Assembly: GCA_027021705.1 (NCBI GenBank)
Contig: JALUTT010000124.1
Coordinates: 1 to 28,228 of the forward strand
Source of the DNA: Anaerolineae bacterium
GTDB taxonomy: Bacteria > Chloroflexota > Anaerolineae > S140-20
Direction: 5' to 3'
Length of the DNA: 28,228 nucleotides
Shown here: piece after piece, positions 16,666 to 24,041 of the stretch
Position numbering within the stretch: the first letter of the stretch is position 1
How the letters are laid out: every line of letters starts with the position of its first letter
Notes under the pieces: model-generated
The model's input: only the letters and a program-made list of their open reading frames with translations
Told to the model about the DNA's origin: nothing
The model's database searches: none
Translations under genes and position numbers: made by a program

Positions 16666-17730
16666 ATGGCAGGCAAGCGGTTTAAGGGTGCATTAGACGT
16701 GTTGGGGGTGGTGGACCCTTACGGCACAGACACAGAGATCGGTCGCCCGGAAACCTTGATTACGCCCGAGCTTGAAGCGTGCTCTCCCGATCCCGATCAG
16801 CCCCGACAGGTCTTCCCTCCCGATTTACGGGGCCGGCTGATGGGCGGGGCCTCCCCGGCGGAGGTGCTGGACGCAGCGTGGGAGCGATGCTTGGGAGAGG
16901 ATCTGTACGCGGCGATGAGGTCCCGCGAATTATCCCCTGCCGAGGCCCTGGAAAGGCGGAGGGAAGCAGGGATTCTCGACCTGGCGCTGCAACTGACGCT
17001 TGAGGGGCTGGTGGAGCTGGCCGATTCCATCGTCCGGCACGGCCTGCGCCAGCCGATCAACGTGTACGACCTAGGCGGTGGAACGTATCGCATTGCCGAG
17101 GGGGAACGGCGCTGGTGGGCTCACGTCCATCTGTTCCACGTGTTGGGGAGGATGGAATTCGGGGTAATCCCGGCACGGGTGCATCCACTGCCGGAGGAAG
17201 GGAGCCTGGAAGTGCTGGCCCGCCAGCACGCCGAAAATGCCCACCGGCGGGACCTCTCTGCCGTCGCCCGCGCCCGCGCTATTGCAAGAGTGATGCAGGT
17301 AACATCAGAGGAATTTTCGGGAACCCGGGGTTCCCCGAAAATCGGGGCGACCTCGGACACAGGTGATTTTTCGGGAACCCAGGGTTCCCCAAAAAAGCGG
17401 GGTCGGCCCAAGGCTAGGGTGTCCGAGCACGATCTGCACGATCTGACCGGCCGGCGGCTGGCGGAACTGACCGGCAAGGGGATGAGCGGGAGGATGGTGC
17501 GGAACTACCTGGCCCTGCTCACACTCCCCCCGGAAGCCCAGGCGATGGCGGACGCGGCGGGGCTATCCGAGAAAGCCCTCCGACCCATCGTCGCCCTGGG
17601 CAATCCGGCGGAGCAAATCCGTCTGGTCCGTGCCCTTGCCGCCGGCGAGATGACGCCGGCGCAGGTGGCGGCGGAGGTGAAGCGCCTGGCCCGCAAGGCG
17701 GATGGCGGCGGGGGAGATTCCGACCCGTGA
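16666..17730 (+). CDS. parB: ParB/RepB/Spo0J family CTPase and DNA-binding protein
   Basis: RBS GGAGGTG; PDQPR, ELADSI..HGLRQPI, GERRW CTPase motif, ENAHRRDLS, HTH-like GRMVRNYLALLTLP. Confidence 0.85.
   Translation: MAGKRFKGALDVLGVVDPYGTDTEIGRPETLITPELEACSPDPDQPRQVFPPDLRGRLMGGASPAEVLDAAWERCLGEDLYAAMRSRELSPAEALERRREAGILDLALQLTLEGLVELADSIVRHGLRQPINVYDLGGGTYRIAEGERRWWAHVHLFHVLGRMEFGVIPARVHPLPEEGSLEVLARQHAENAHRRDLSAVARARAIARVMQVTSEEFSGTRGSPKIGATSDTGDFSGTQGSPKKRGRPKARVSEHDLHDLTGRRLAELTGKGMSGRMVRNYLALLTLPPEAQAMADAAGLSEKALRPIVALGNPAEQIRLVRALAAGEMTPAQVAAEVKRLARKADGGGGDSDP
17314..17395. repeat. Two copies of palindrome GGGAACCC-N-GGGTTCCC inside parB, candidate parS or operator
   Basis: Perfect 8-1-8 inverted repeats at 17319-17335 and 17373-17389, 54 bp apart, each flanked by TTTTC and AAAA. 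Confidence 0.7.
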
Positions 17731-17790
17731 GGATTGCCGGGCACATCGGACGCCGGCCCGTCCGACCCGCGAGGATTGCCGGGCATATCG
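17719..17790 (+). repeat. 30-bp direct repeat x2 (28/30) spanning the parB stop
   Basis: TCCGACCCGTGAGGATTGCCGGGCACATCG (17719-17748) and TCCGACCCGCGAGGATTGCCGGGCATATCG (17761-17790). Confidence 0.85.
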
Positions 17791-18123
17791 AGGTGCCGGG
17801 TCGGTTTCGGCTTTGCCGTGGCCCAAATCAAGCTATGTCAGGGCAGGTCTCCGGCCGGACTCGGCCTGGAGAGGGTTCCCCGCCGGTCCACCCCCTCCGG
17901 ACGGGCGGTAAAGGCGGGCCTTCGTGCCCCTCCCATCGGTACCGGAAGGACCCCGGGAGCCCGACGGCCCGGCTCGCCGGCGGGTAATCCGAGTCTCCGG
18001 GTGCCCCCCCTCGACGAACAGGGGCGGTCGGTCCGGTGACCGGCTTGGAGAGGGCGGCCGGGTCGGGCCGGGAGGGGGCGATGTGGCTCGCAGGAAAGGC
18101 GTATCACGCGCCGAGGGGTTGAG

Positions 18124-18903
18124 ATGGCAAGGGCGAGTTTCAATCCCCAATCGGGCGGGAGGCCGGTAGCGGTGACGGCCGGTGAATGCCCCCATTGCGG
18201 GGGGCTAGGGTATATCCGACGGGATGTGCCGGTGGGCCATCCCGACTTCGGGAAGCTCTTCCCCTGCCGCTGCCGGCTCCCCGAGATCGAAGCAATCCGC
18301 TTCTCCCGCCTTCTGGCCCTATCGGGCCTGGGGCCTGATCTGCAGGAGAAGCGGTTCGACAACTTCCGGGTGATTACGAAGCCTGCGGCAGGGGGCGGCA
18401 GGCCGGTCTCCAACCGGGCGGCCTTTGAGGCGGCTCGGTATTTCGCCGAGGAGCCGGAAGGGTGGTTGGTCCTGGCCGGGGGAAACGGCTGCGGCAAGAC
18501 CCACTTGGCGGCGGCCATTGCCAACCGGCAGCTTGCCTTGGGCAACCCCGTGCTCTTCGTCACCGTCCCCGACCTGCTCGACCATCTTCGGGCCACCTTT
18601 GCGCCCGATGCTCCCGTCCGCTTCGACGACCTGTTCGAGCGGGTGAAGGAGGTGCCTCTGCTAATCTTGGATGACTTGGGGGCTCAACAGAACACGGACT
18701 GGGCCTGGGAGAAGCTCTACCAGGTCCTGGTCTTCCGGCGCCATTGGCATCTGCCCCTGGTGGTGACGACGAACCTCGACGTGACGGTGTTTCCCGACCG
18801 GCGGATCGGTTCTCGGCTGAGCGAGCGAGGATGGGTGCGCCGGGTGCTGATCACCACGGGGGATTGGCGCACGAAACCCCGGCAGAAAGGAGTGCGACGG
18901 TGA
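18124..18903 (+). CDS. DnaC/IstB-like AAA+ ATPase (helicase-loader-like) with N-terminal Zn finger
   Basis: CPHCGGLGY...GHPDFGKLFPCRC; GGNGCGKTHLAAAI Walker A; LILDDLG Walker B; VTTN; RIGSRL. Confidence 0.9.
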   Translation: MARASFNPQSGGRPVAVTAGECPHCGGLGYIRRDVPVGHPDFGKLFPCRCRLPEIEAIRFSRLLALSGLGPDLQEKRFDNFRVITKPAAGGGRPVSNRAAFEAARYFAEEPEGWLVLAGGNGCGKTHLAAAIANRQLALGNPVLFVTVPDLLDHLRATFAPDAPVRFDDLFERVKEVPLLILDDLGAQQNTDWAWEKLYQVLVFRRHWHLPLVVTTNLDVTVFPDRRIGSRLSERGWVRRVLITTGDWRTKPRQKGVRR

Positions 18904-18935
18904 GGATTGTATTTTGCGTCTTTTACAAAAACCCC

Positions 18936-18964
18936 TTGACTTTCCCCCCGTTTCCGGGTATCCT
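18936..18964 (+). promoter_or_regulatory. Sigma70-type promoter
   Basis: TTGACT-17 nt-TATCCT with AT-rich tract upstream. Confidence 0.65.
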
Positions 18965-18991
18965 GTGATCGAGTGTGAGGACAAACGTTTC

Positions 18992-19082
18992 CGGTCGCAG
19001 ATCCCGCACCGGTTGATCGCCCGGAACCATACTCTCCGCCCCCCACCTTTCGGTCGCAGATCCCGCACCGGTTGATCGCCCG
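18992..19082 (+). repeat. Identical 32-bp direct repeat x2
   Basis: CGGTCGCAGATCCCGCACCGGTTGATCGCCCG at 18992-19023 and 19051-19082, 27-bp spacer. Confidence 0.95.
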
Positions 19083-19089
19083 ATAAGGA

Positions 19090-19210
19090 GTTCGTGGGGG
19101 AAAGGGGGATTGTTGTGCCTAAGACGGGGGCTTCAGGCCCCCGTTTGTCGTTGGGGCAGGATGGGCATCGCTCGCCCACCTGCCCCTTCTTTCGTTTCTC
19201 CCCCACGAAC
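19090..19210 (+). promoter_or_regulatory. Structured leader with terminator-like hairpin
   Basis: GTTCGTGGGGG (19090-19100) / CCCCCACGAAC (19200-19210) encloses hairpins 19122-19146 and 19153-19186, the latter followed by TTCTTTCGTTT. Confidence 0.6.
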
Positions 19211-19227
19211 CGAACAGGAGGTGAAGG

Positions 19228-19449
19228 ATGAAGCAGAAGGGGATGAGCAGAAGGATGTCCGAGATGGGGATCATCGCGATAGTTCTCATCTTACTTCTGG
19301 CCCTGACGGTGAGGCCGGGGGCCGATCTCCCCCAGGCGGGAATCGTGGACCGGCCCGGGGATAGGCCGGTTTCCTGTGTCCCCGTCTTCTGCCAAGTGGC
19401 CCGCCAGGCCGAGTATCTGGCGTGGGAAATCGAGCAGCTTGAACCTTGA
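19228..19449 (+). CDS. Small secreted or membrane protein
   Basis: RBS AGGAGGTG; one hydrophobic helix; CxxxxC. Confidence 0.6.
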   Translation: MKQKGMSRRMSEMGIIAIVLILLLALTVRPGADLPQAGIVDRPGDRPVSCVPVFCQVARQAEYLAWEIEQLEP

Positions 19450-19464
19450 GATAGGAGGTGTGCC

Positions 19465-19893
19465 GTGTTCCAAAAAGTCATCATCGTCGGAAACCTGGGG
19501 CGCGACCCGGAGATGCGTTACACCCCCGACGGGCGATCGGTGACGACCTTCACCGTCGCCACCAACGAAACTTGGACCGATAACGACGGTCAACGGCAGA
19601 AGCGCACGACCTGGTGGCGGGTTACGGCTTGGGGCCGAACGGCCGAAGCCTGCAACGAGTACCTGAGCAAAGGACGAACGGTCCTTGTCGAAGGTCGCCT
19701 GAACCCGGACCCGGAGACGGGCGGACCACGGGTCTGGACCGGCCGGGATGGGGAACCCAGGGCCTCTTACGAGTTGACGGCGTTGGTGGTGAAGTTCCTC
19801 GGCGGACGGGGTGGCGAGACGGTGGAGCTCGGTGCCGAGGACGAGGAGTCCGACGAAGCAGACGGTCCGTGGGGCGACGACATTCCCTTCTGA
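19465..19893 (+). CDS. ssb: Single-stranded DNA-binding protein
   Basis: KVIIVGNLGRDPEMRYTPDG...YLSKG..VLVEGRL; acidic tail DDIPF. Confidence 0.97.
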   Translation: MFQKVIIVGNLGRDPEMRYTPDGRSVTTFTVATNETWTDNDGQRQKRTTWWRVTAWGRTAEACNEYLSKGRTVLVEGRLNPDPETGGPRVWTGRDGEPRASYELTALVVKFLGGRGGETVELGAEDEESDEADGPWGDDIPF

Positions 19894-19931
19894 GGGATAG
19901 ACCTGGTATAAAGATCGCATAAGAGCGGCAT

Positions 19932-19966
19932 AAGCCCGACCGGCAACGAGGTCGCCGGTCGGGCTT
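19932..19966 (+). terminator. Hairpin after ssb
   Basis: AAGCCCGACCGGC / GCCGGTCGGGCTT 13-bp stem; weak U-tract. Confidence 0.55.
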
Positions 19967-20022
19967 CGTCGTCACCAAGCGGAACAACGGAAGCAACAAA
20001 ACGAAGGGAGAGGAGTGGGGAA

Positions 20023-20236
20023 ATGGCAAGAAAGTACGTGAGGAAGTAAGGGAAGCCGGGCGTTCTACCTGCCCGGCATTGGTTACTTGGATCGAACACA
20101 AGAGCGGCTGGTCAGGAGAACGGCTCGGGGTCTGGTCGGCCTGGTAGAGGCCGGCCTGGTTACGGAAGAAGAGGCCCGGGAGCGGATTCTGGAAATCCTC
20201 CGGTCTCACCGGGCCTTCTTTGCCTCGGCGGCGTAG
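20023..20236 (+). pseudogene. Small protein gene split by a +1 frameshift near 20044
   Basis: RBS GAGGAG, MARKYVRK* stops at once; shifted frame reads SKGSRAFYLPGIGYLDRTQERLVRRTARGLVGLVEAGLVTEEEARERILEILRSHRAFFASAA*. Confidence 0.5.
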
Positions 20237-20265
20237 CCGCCGGCAGGCTCCCCGGTAACTGCAAC

Positions 20266-20295
20266 AAAAAAGCCCCGGGCGGTGTCCAGGGCTTT
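20266..20295. terminator. Possibly bidirectional terminator
   Basis: AAAGCCC...GGGCTTT stem with A-tract on the left and TTT on the right. Confidence 0.5.
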
Positions 20296-20349
20296 CCCCC
20301 TGTGCTTGGAATTACACCGGATTCTGTGAAACCGTCAAGGAGGGTTCCA

Positions 20350-20565
20350 ATGGCACTCTTCGGATTCTGCCCGAAATGCGATATGGGAGAGGGACTCAAC
20401 CCTGCCAGAGGGAAAAGACAACGATGGAGAGAAGCCGTCTCCGTGCTGACGGCCCCTCCCTTAAACGGCCCCGCCGACCTGTCCATTCCCAAGATCGTGA
20501 TGGGGGAGGAGTGCAAGCACACCATCTCCCTCCGGGCTTGGAGGGAGTACAATCGGGTTCAATAG
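20350..20565 (+). CDS. Small putative zinc-binding protein, 71 aa
   Basis: RBS AAGGAGG; CPKC near N-terminus and CKH near C-terminus. Confidence 0.55.
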   Translation: MALFGFCPKCDMGEGLNPARGKRQRWREAVSVLTAPPLNGPADLSIPKIVMGEECKHTISLRAWREYNRVQ

Positions 20566-20602
20566 TTTCCCGCGTTTGGCAGGTCTAACCGGGAAACAGC
20601 TC

Positions 20603-20631
20603 TTGACAAGCCCGACAATCCGGTGTATAAT
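20603..20631 (+). promoter_or_regulatory. Perfect consensus sigma70 promoter of the TA operon
   Basis: TTGACA-17 nt-TATAAT. Confidence 0.9.
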
Positions 20632-20680
20632 AGCGACGGTAGCGGTTCCGAGGATTCTAGATAGTCCAAGGAGGCTAAGG

Positions 20681-20953
20681 ATGGAGACCGGTCTGAAGAC
20701 GATAGACGCCACGATGGCCCGGGCAAAGTTGGGAGACATTCTGGCCCGGGCGCGATACGGCCGACAGCGCTTCCTCGTCGAACAGCGAGGACAACCTGCC
20801 GCCGTGATCATAGGGTACGAGGACTTCCAGGAGCTGATGGCTCTTTTGGAAGACCTGGAAGACGTCCGGGATATGTTGCAGTCCGAGGGAGAGCCGACCC
20901 GCCCGCTGAGCGAGTACCTGGACGAGCGGAAGGAACGCTATGCCAACGTATGA
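20681..20953 (+). CDS. Phd/YefM family antitoxin
   Basis: IDATMARAKLGDIL...FLVEQRGQPAAVII..EDF; RBS AAGGAGG. Confidence 0.9.
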   Translation: METGLKTIDATMARAKLGDILARARYGRQRFLVEQRGQPAAVIIGYEDFQELMALLEDLEDVRDMLQSEGEPTRPLSEYLDERKERYANV

Positions 20954-21218
20954 GGTTCTGTTGCGGCGGAGGGCGGAGAAGCAACTGGATCAGGTCCCGT
21001 ATGCGGACCATCTCCGCATCGTGGAGGCCCTGTTGGCCCTGCAAGACGATCCCCGCCCGGCGGGCTGTCGCAAGCTTTTCGACGACATCTACCGCATTCG
21101 CGTCGGGGCCTACCGCGTCATCTACAAGGTGGATGACAAGGAGAAGCAGGTCGTGGTGGGCAAGATCGCCCGCCGGCGGGAGGACACGTACAAGAGGATC
21201 GGAGGGTTGTTTCAGTAG
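20940..21218 (+). CDS. relE: RelE/ParE family toxin
   Basis: YEVLL...AEKQL...DPRPAGCRKL...YRIRVGAYRVIY...RREDTY; overlaps antitoxin. Confidence 0.93.
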   Translation: MPTYEVLLRRRAEKQLDQVPYADHLRIVEALLALQDDPRPAGCRKLFDDIYRIRVGAYRVIYKVDDKEKQVVVGKIARRREDTYKRIGGLFQ

Positions 21219-21223
21219 GGGAT

Positions 21224-21312
21224 AAAAACACCGCGTCGGTGTGGCGGCACCGACGCGGCCTTGCCCACCGGTTGACGGGGTTCTCTGGAGGGAGTGCCGT
21301 ACCCCGGCAGGC
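21224..21312 (-). ncRNA. Predicted ~90-nt antisense RNA
   Basis: Minus-strand promoter at 21347-21319 and intrinsic terminator (11-bp stem 21231-21258 then UGUUUUU). Confidence 0.55.
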
Positions 21313-21318
21313 ACTATA

Positions 21319-21347
21319 ATTCTACCTCATCCTGCCCCCGGCGTCAA
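21319..21347 (-). promoter_or_regulatory. Minus-strand sigma70 promoter
   Basis: TTGACG-17 nt-TAGAAT. Confidence 0.7.
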
Positions 21348-21367
21348 GGAGACGCCCTTTCCCCGTC

Positions 21368-21406
21368 AACCGGCACGGGCTCCGGCCCCGTGCCGGTTTC
21401 CCTTTT
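21368..21406 (+). terminator. Leader intrinsic terminator (attenuator) upstream of 21442
   Basis: AACCGGCACGGG / CCCGTGCCGGTT 12-bp stem followed by TCCCTTTT. Confidence 0.7.
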
Positions 21407-21441
21407 ATCCCCTTTTCCCACATCCCCGGAGGAGGTGTCGT

Positions 21442-21672
21442 ATGCACAACGAACAGTATCGGCGGTATCTGGAACTCTGTAAGAATCGTCCCGATCTCGT
21501 CTCGATGTTGGGTCGTTTTGCGTCGGCGTACCACACCGTGCCCCAGGTACGGTCTGCCGTGCGACACCACGGCCTTTCCGAATACGAGGACGAGATCGTC
21601 GCCGCAGTGCGCTATCTGTGGTCCCTCTATTTAGGCCCGTATCCTATGACCAAGACCAAGGAGGTGGCGTGA
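21442..21672 (+). CDS. Hypothetical protein, 76 aa
   Basis: RBS GGAGGAGGTG; TGATG coupling with next gene. Confidence 0.7.
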   Translation: MHNEQYRRYLELCKNRPDLVSMLGRFASAYHTVPQVRSAVRHHGLSEYEDEIVAAVRYLWSLYLGPYPMTKTKEVA

Positions 21673-22079
21673 TGCCCTGCAATGCCGTGGCAAGGGCCGT
21701 TGGCTACGTTCCGGTAGAACTGGCCCGGGAGCTGGAAGCCCTGGGAGCGGAGGCGGTGGGGAAGGCCCTGTTGACCTTTCTCCGCCGGAACTTCGCCGAC
21801 CTGGGCGAACCCCGGATGCAGCTTTCCGGGGGCCAAATCAGAATTGTCCAAGGTAACTACCTGGTGCTGGTCATTGACGGACGGATTGTCGTCAATGCCC
21901 CCTACGGTGACCCCAAGGTCGTGGGGCAAATCAAGGACGCGGTGACCGATTTCATCACCGGCCTGGCCGGCCTGGCCCTCCAGAAACGAGTGGTCCGGGC
22001 CATCCGCCGGGCCGGTTATCGTGTCTCCAAGGAGCAACGAGCCCCCAACGGCGCCCTTGTGCTCCAGGTGGAACTGTGA
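21672..22079 (+). CDS. DUF1257/Ycf35-like protein
   Basis: C-terminal AIRRAGYRVSKEQRAPNGALVLQVEL resembles the DUF1257 tail; next to DUF2997-like and AAA genes. Confidence 0.5.
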   Translation: MPCNAVARAVGYVPVELARELEALGAEAVGKALLTFLRRNFADLGEPRMQLSGGQIRIVQGNYLVLVIDGRIVVNAPYGDPKVVGQIKDAVTDFITGLAGLALQKRVVRAIRRAGYRVSKEQRAPNGALVLQVEL

Positions 22080-22090
22080 GGAGGTGAACG

Positions 22091-22303
22091 GTGAAGGCGA
22101 GGATCGTCATCACAACCGACGGGCAGGTCTCCGTCTTCGTGGACGAGGGAACGATGGAGACCGGCCGGGAGGCCATCGAGCGTCTCTTCGCCGCCTTGGC
22201 CGCCCAGGGCGTGTCGGTGCGGTGGGACGGAAAGGTCGAGCAACACCGACACGACCGGGAGGCGGTAGGGCACGTGCACGTACACCGGGAGTTGAAGCAA
22301 TGA
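22091..22303 (+). CDS. DUF2997-like small protein with His-rich tail
   Basis: RIVITTDGQVSVFVDEG...IERLFAAL pattern; RBS GAGGAGGTG. Confidence 0.5.
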   Translation: MKARIVITTDGQVSVFVDEGTMETGREAIERLFAALAAQGVSVRWDGKVEQHRHDREAVGHVHVHRELKQ

Positions 22304-24012
22304 ACGGAAACGGCTTTCCCACACCGGCGTGGGCGACGGAAGTCCAGGAGAAGTATAGGGCGGGGATCGCCCACGCCTTCATCCTTCACTTCAACGTCCA
22401 CGACTACGCCGTCCCCGGGGTTCCTCTCACCACCTACCTGGCCCGGATGCTGGCCGGTCGCCGGGTGGTGGCCGTCTACTCCCGCGACCGGGGAATCACC
22501 TTCCCCCTTGACGGGATGCGGGAGCGTTTCCTGGAACTGATGGGCCTGGGAAACGAGGAACAATCGAGTGACCCGGCCCTGTCTGCCCTTCAGGCTCTCG
22601 GGATGGCTTCCGGGAACGAAGCCGGGGAGCTCCCCCGTGCCCCCGGCGAGGCCATCCCCCTGCTCGGTCGCTTTCTGCGGATGGGAGCCCCCGAGGAACG
22701 GGTCGCGGCGGTGATCATCGAGGCCACCGAGACGGTCGTCCCCGACGCCGACGTGGCGATGATGCCCCCGGCAGACCGAGACGTGCTGGTGGCCGTCTCC
22801 CGCTGGGGGCGAGACCCGCAGATCGCAACCGCCGGCAACCCCGTGTTCCTCATTACCCCCAACCTGTCGGCCTTGAATCCTGCGGTCCGCGCCGCCTCCT
22901 CCAAGTGGGAGGCGGTTAAGGTTCCCCTCCCCGATCCCGAACAGCGTCTCGCCTTCATCGAGTGGTACGTCGCTCAAAGGCCGGATGCCTTCGAGTGGGC
23001 CGACGATATGGATCCCCAGGCCCTGGCCAACGTCACCGCCGGCCTCTCCCTGATCCACATCGAGGACATCCTCCTCCGGGCCGAGGCGGAGGGGGGCCTG
23101 CGGCCGGAGATGGTCCGGGAGCGGAAGGAGTCCATCATCCGGTCGGAGTACGGCGACGTGCTGGAGGTAATGGAGCCCCGCTTCGGATTCGACGACATCG
23201 GCGGCCTCCGGCACGTCAAGGACTTCTTCGAGCGGTCGGTGATTCGGCCTATGCGCGAAGGCCGCCCGGGGCGGGTGCCGATGGGCGTGCTGATGACCGG
23301 CCCCGCCGGTACCGGCAAGTCCATTATGGCCGAGGCGGTGGCGAAAGAGGCCGGTGTCAACGCCGTCCGCCTCCGCATCGGAGGCCAGATCGCCAGTAAA
23401 TGGCAGGGCGAGGGCGAGCGCAACCTGGAAAAGGCCCTCGCCGCCATCGAGGGCCTGGCCCCTACCATCGTCTTCATTGACGAGGTGGACCAGGCCGTCA
23501 CCCGGGGGGAGGGCACCGGCGGCTCCCAGCAGGACAGCCGCATCTTCCAGCGGCTTCTGGAGTTTATGTCCGATACCTCTCATCGGGGGAAAATCGTCTT
23601 CCTGGCCGCCACCAATCGGCCCGACCTGATGGACGCCGCCCTCCGGCGTCCGGGCCGGTTCGACAAGAAGGTCCCCTTCCTGATCCCTGACGACGAGGAG
23701 CGGCGAGCCATCTTCGCCGTGATGTGCCGGCGATACGGCTTGCCTGCAAGGGATATACCGGCGGAGGCCGTCCAGGCCACCGATGGCTGGACGGGGGCGG
23801 AGATCGAGGCCGCCGTCGTCAAGGCCGTCGAGTTGGTCGAGGACGAGGACCTGGGGCCGGCCGAGGCGCTGGTCCAGGCCGTGAGGCGCATCCGGCCGTC
23901 CACGGCCGACATCGAGTTTATGACCCTCCTGGCCGTGGAAGTGAGACGGCGAAGCGTGGAGCGGGTTTCCCCGCTCCACGCTCGTTATATCCCTCGTGTA
24001 AAAGGTGTATAA
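22300..24012 (+). CDS. AAA+ ATPase (Ycf46/CDC48-like, inactive N-terminal and active C-terminal AAA module); last ~23 aa probably non-native
   Basis: FILHFNVHD N-terminus; GPAGTGKS Walker A, VFIDEVD Walker B, ATNRPDLMDAALRRPGRFD SRH. Confidence 0.9.
   Translation: MNGNGFPTPAWATEVQEKYRAGIAHAFILHFNVHDYAVPGVPLTTYLARMLAGRRVVAVYSRDRGITFPLDGMRERFLELMGLGNEEQSSDPALSALQALGMASGNEAGELPRAPGEAIPLLGRFLRMGAPEERVAAVIIEATETVVPDADVAMMPPADRDVLVAVSRWGRDPQIATAGNPVFLITPNLSALNPAVRAASSKWEAVKVPLPDPEQRLAFIEWYVAQRPDAFEWADDMDPQALANVTAGLSLIHIEDILLRAEAEGGLRPEMVRERKESIIRSEYGDVLEVMEPRFGFDDIGGLRHVKDFFERSVIRPMREGRPGRVPMGVLMTGPAGTGKSIMAEAVAKEAGVNAVRLRIGGQIASKWQGEGERNLEKALAAIEGLAPTIVFIDEVDQAVTRGEGTGGSQQDSRIFQRLLEFMSDTSHRGKIVFLAATNRPDLMDAALRRPGRFDKKVPFLIPDDEERRAIFAVMCRRYGLPARDIPAEAVQATDGWTGAEIEAAVVKAVELVEDEDLGPAEALVQAVRRIRPSTADIEFMTLLAVEVRRRSVERVSPLHARYIPRVKGV
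23953..23982 (+). terminator. Perfect 13-bp hairpin inside the apparent AAA 3' end
   Basis: AGCGTGGAGCGGG-TTTC-CCCGCTCCACGCT. Confidence 0.55.
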
Positions 24013-24041
24013 GAGACGAAGGAAAAGAAGGGAGGATACCG

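Noticed and set aside
18124..18903. IS21 element (istB)
   Set aside because: No IstA transposase or terminal inverted repeats; N-terminal Zn finger fits a DnaC-like loader
18992..19082. CRISPR mini-array
   Set aside because: Only two units, a 27-bp low-complexity spacer, ends not conserved between copies and no cas genes; kept as a repeat or leader motif
19751..19762. Third copy of the parB palindrome inside ssb
   Set aside because: Only GGGAACCCAGGG matches and the right arm is broken; likely chance
21272..21347. Frpo-like single-strand promoter from TTGACG/CGTCAA and AGTGCC/GGCACT pairing
   Set aside because: Pairing is short and gapped; the 13-bp antiterminator plus antisense RNA model explains the region better, though this is not fully excluded
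21955..23979. 674-aa minus-strand ORF and similar long antisense ORFs (2942-4354, 24937-26241)
   Set aside because: Shadow ORFs opposite well-supported genes, expected at high GC
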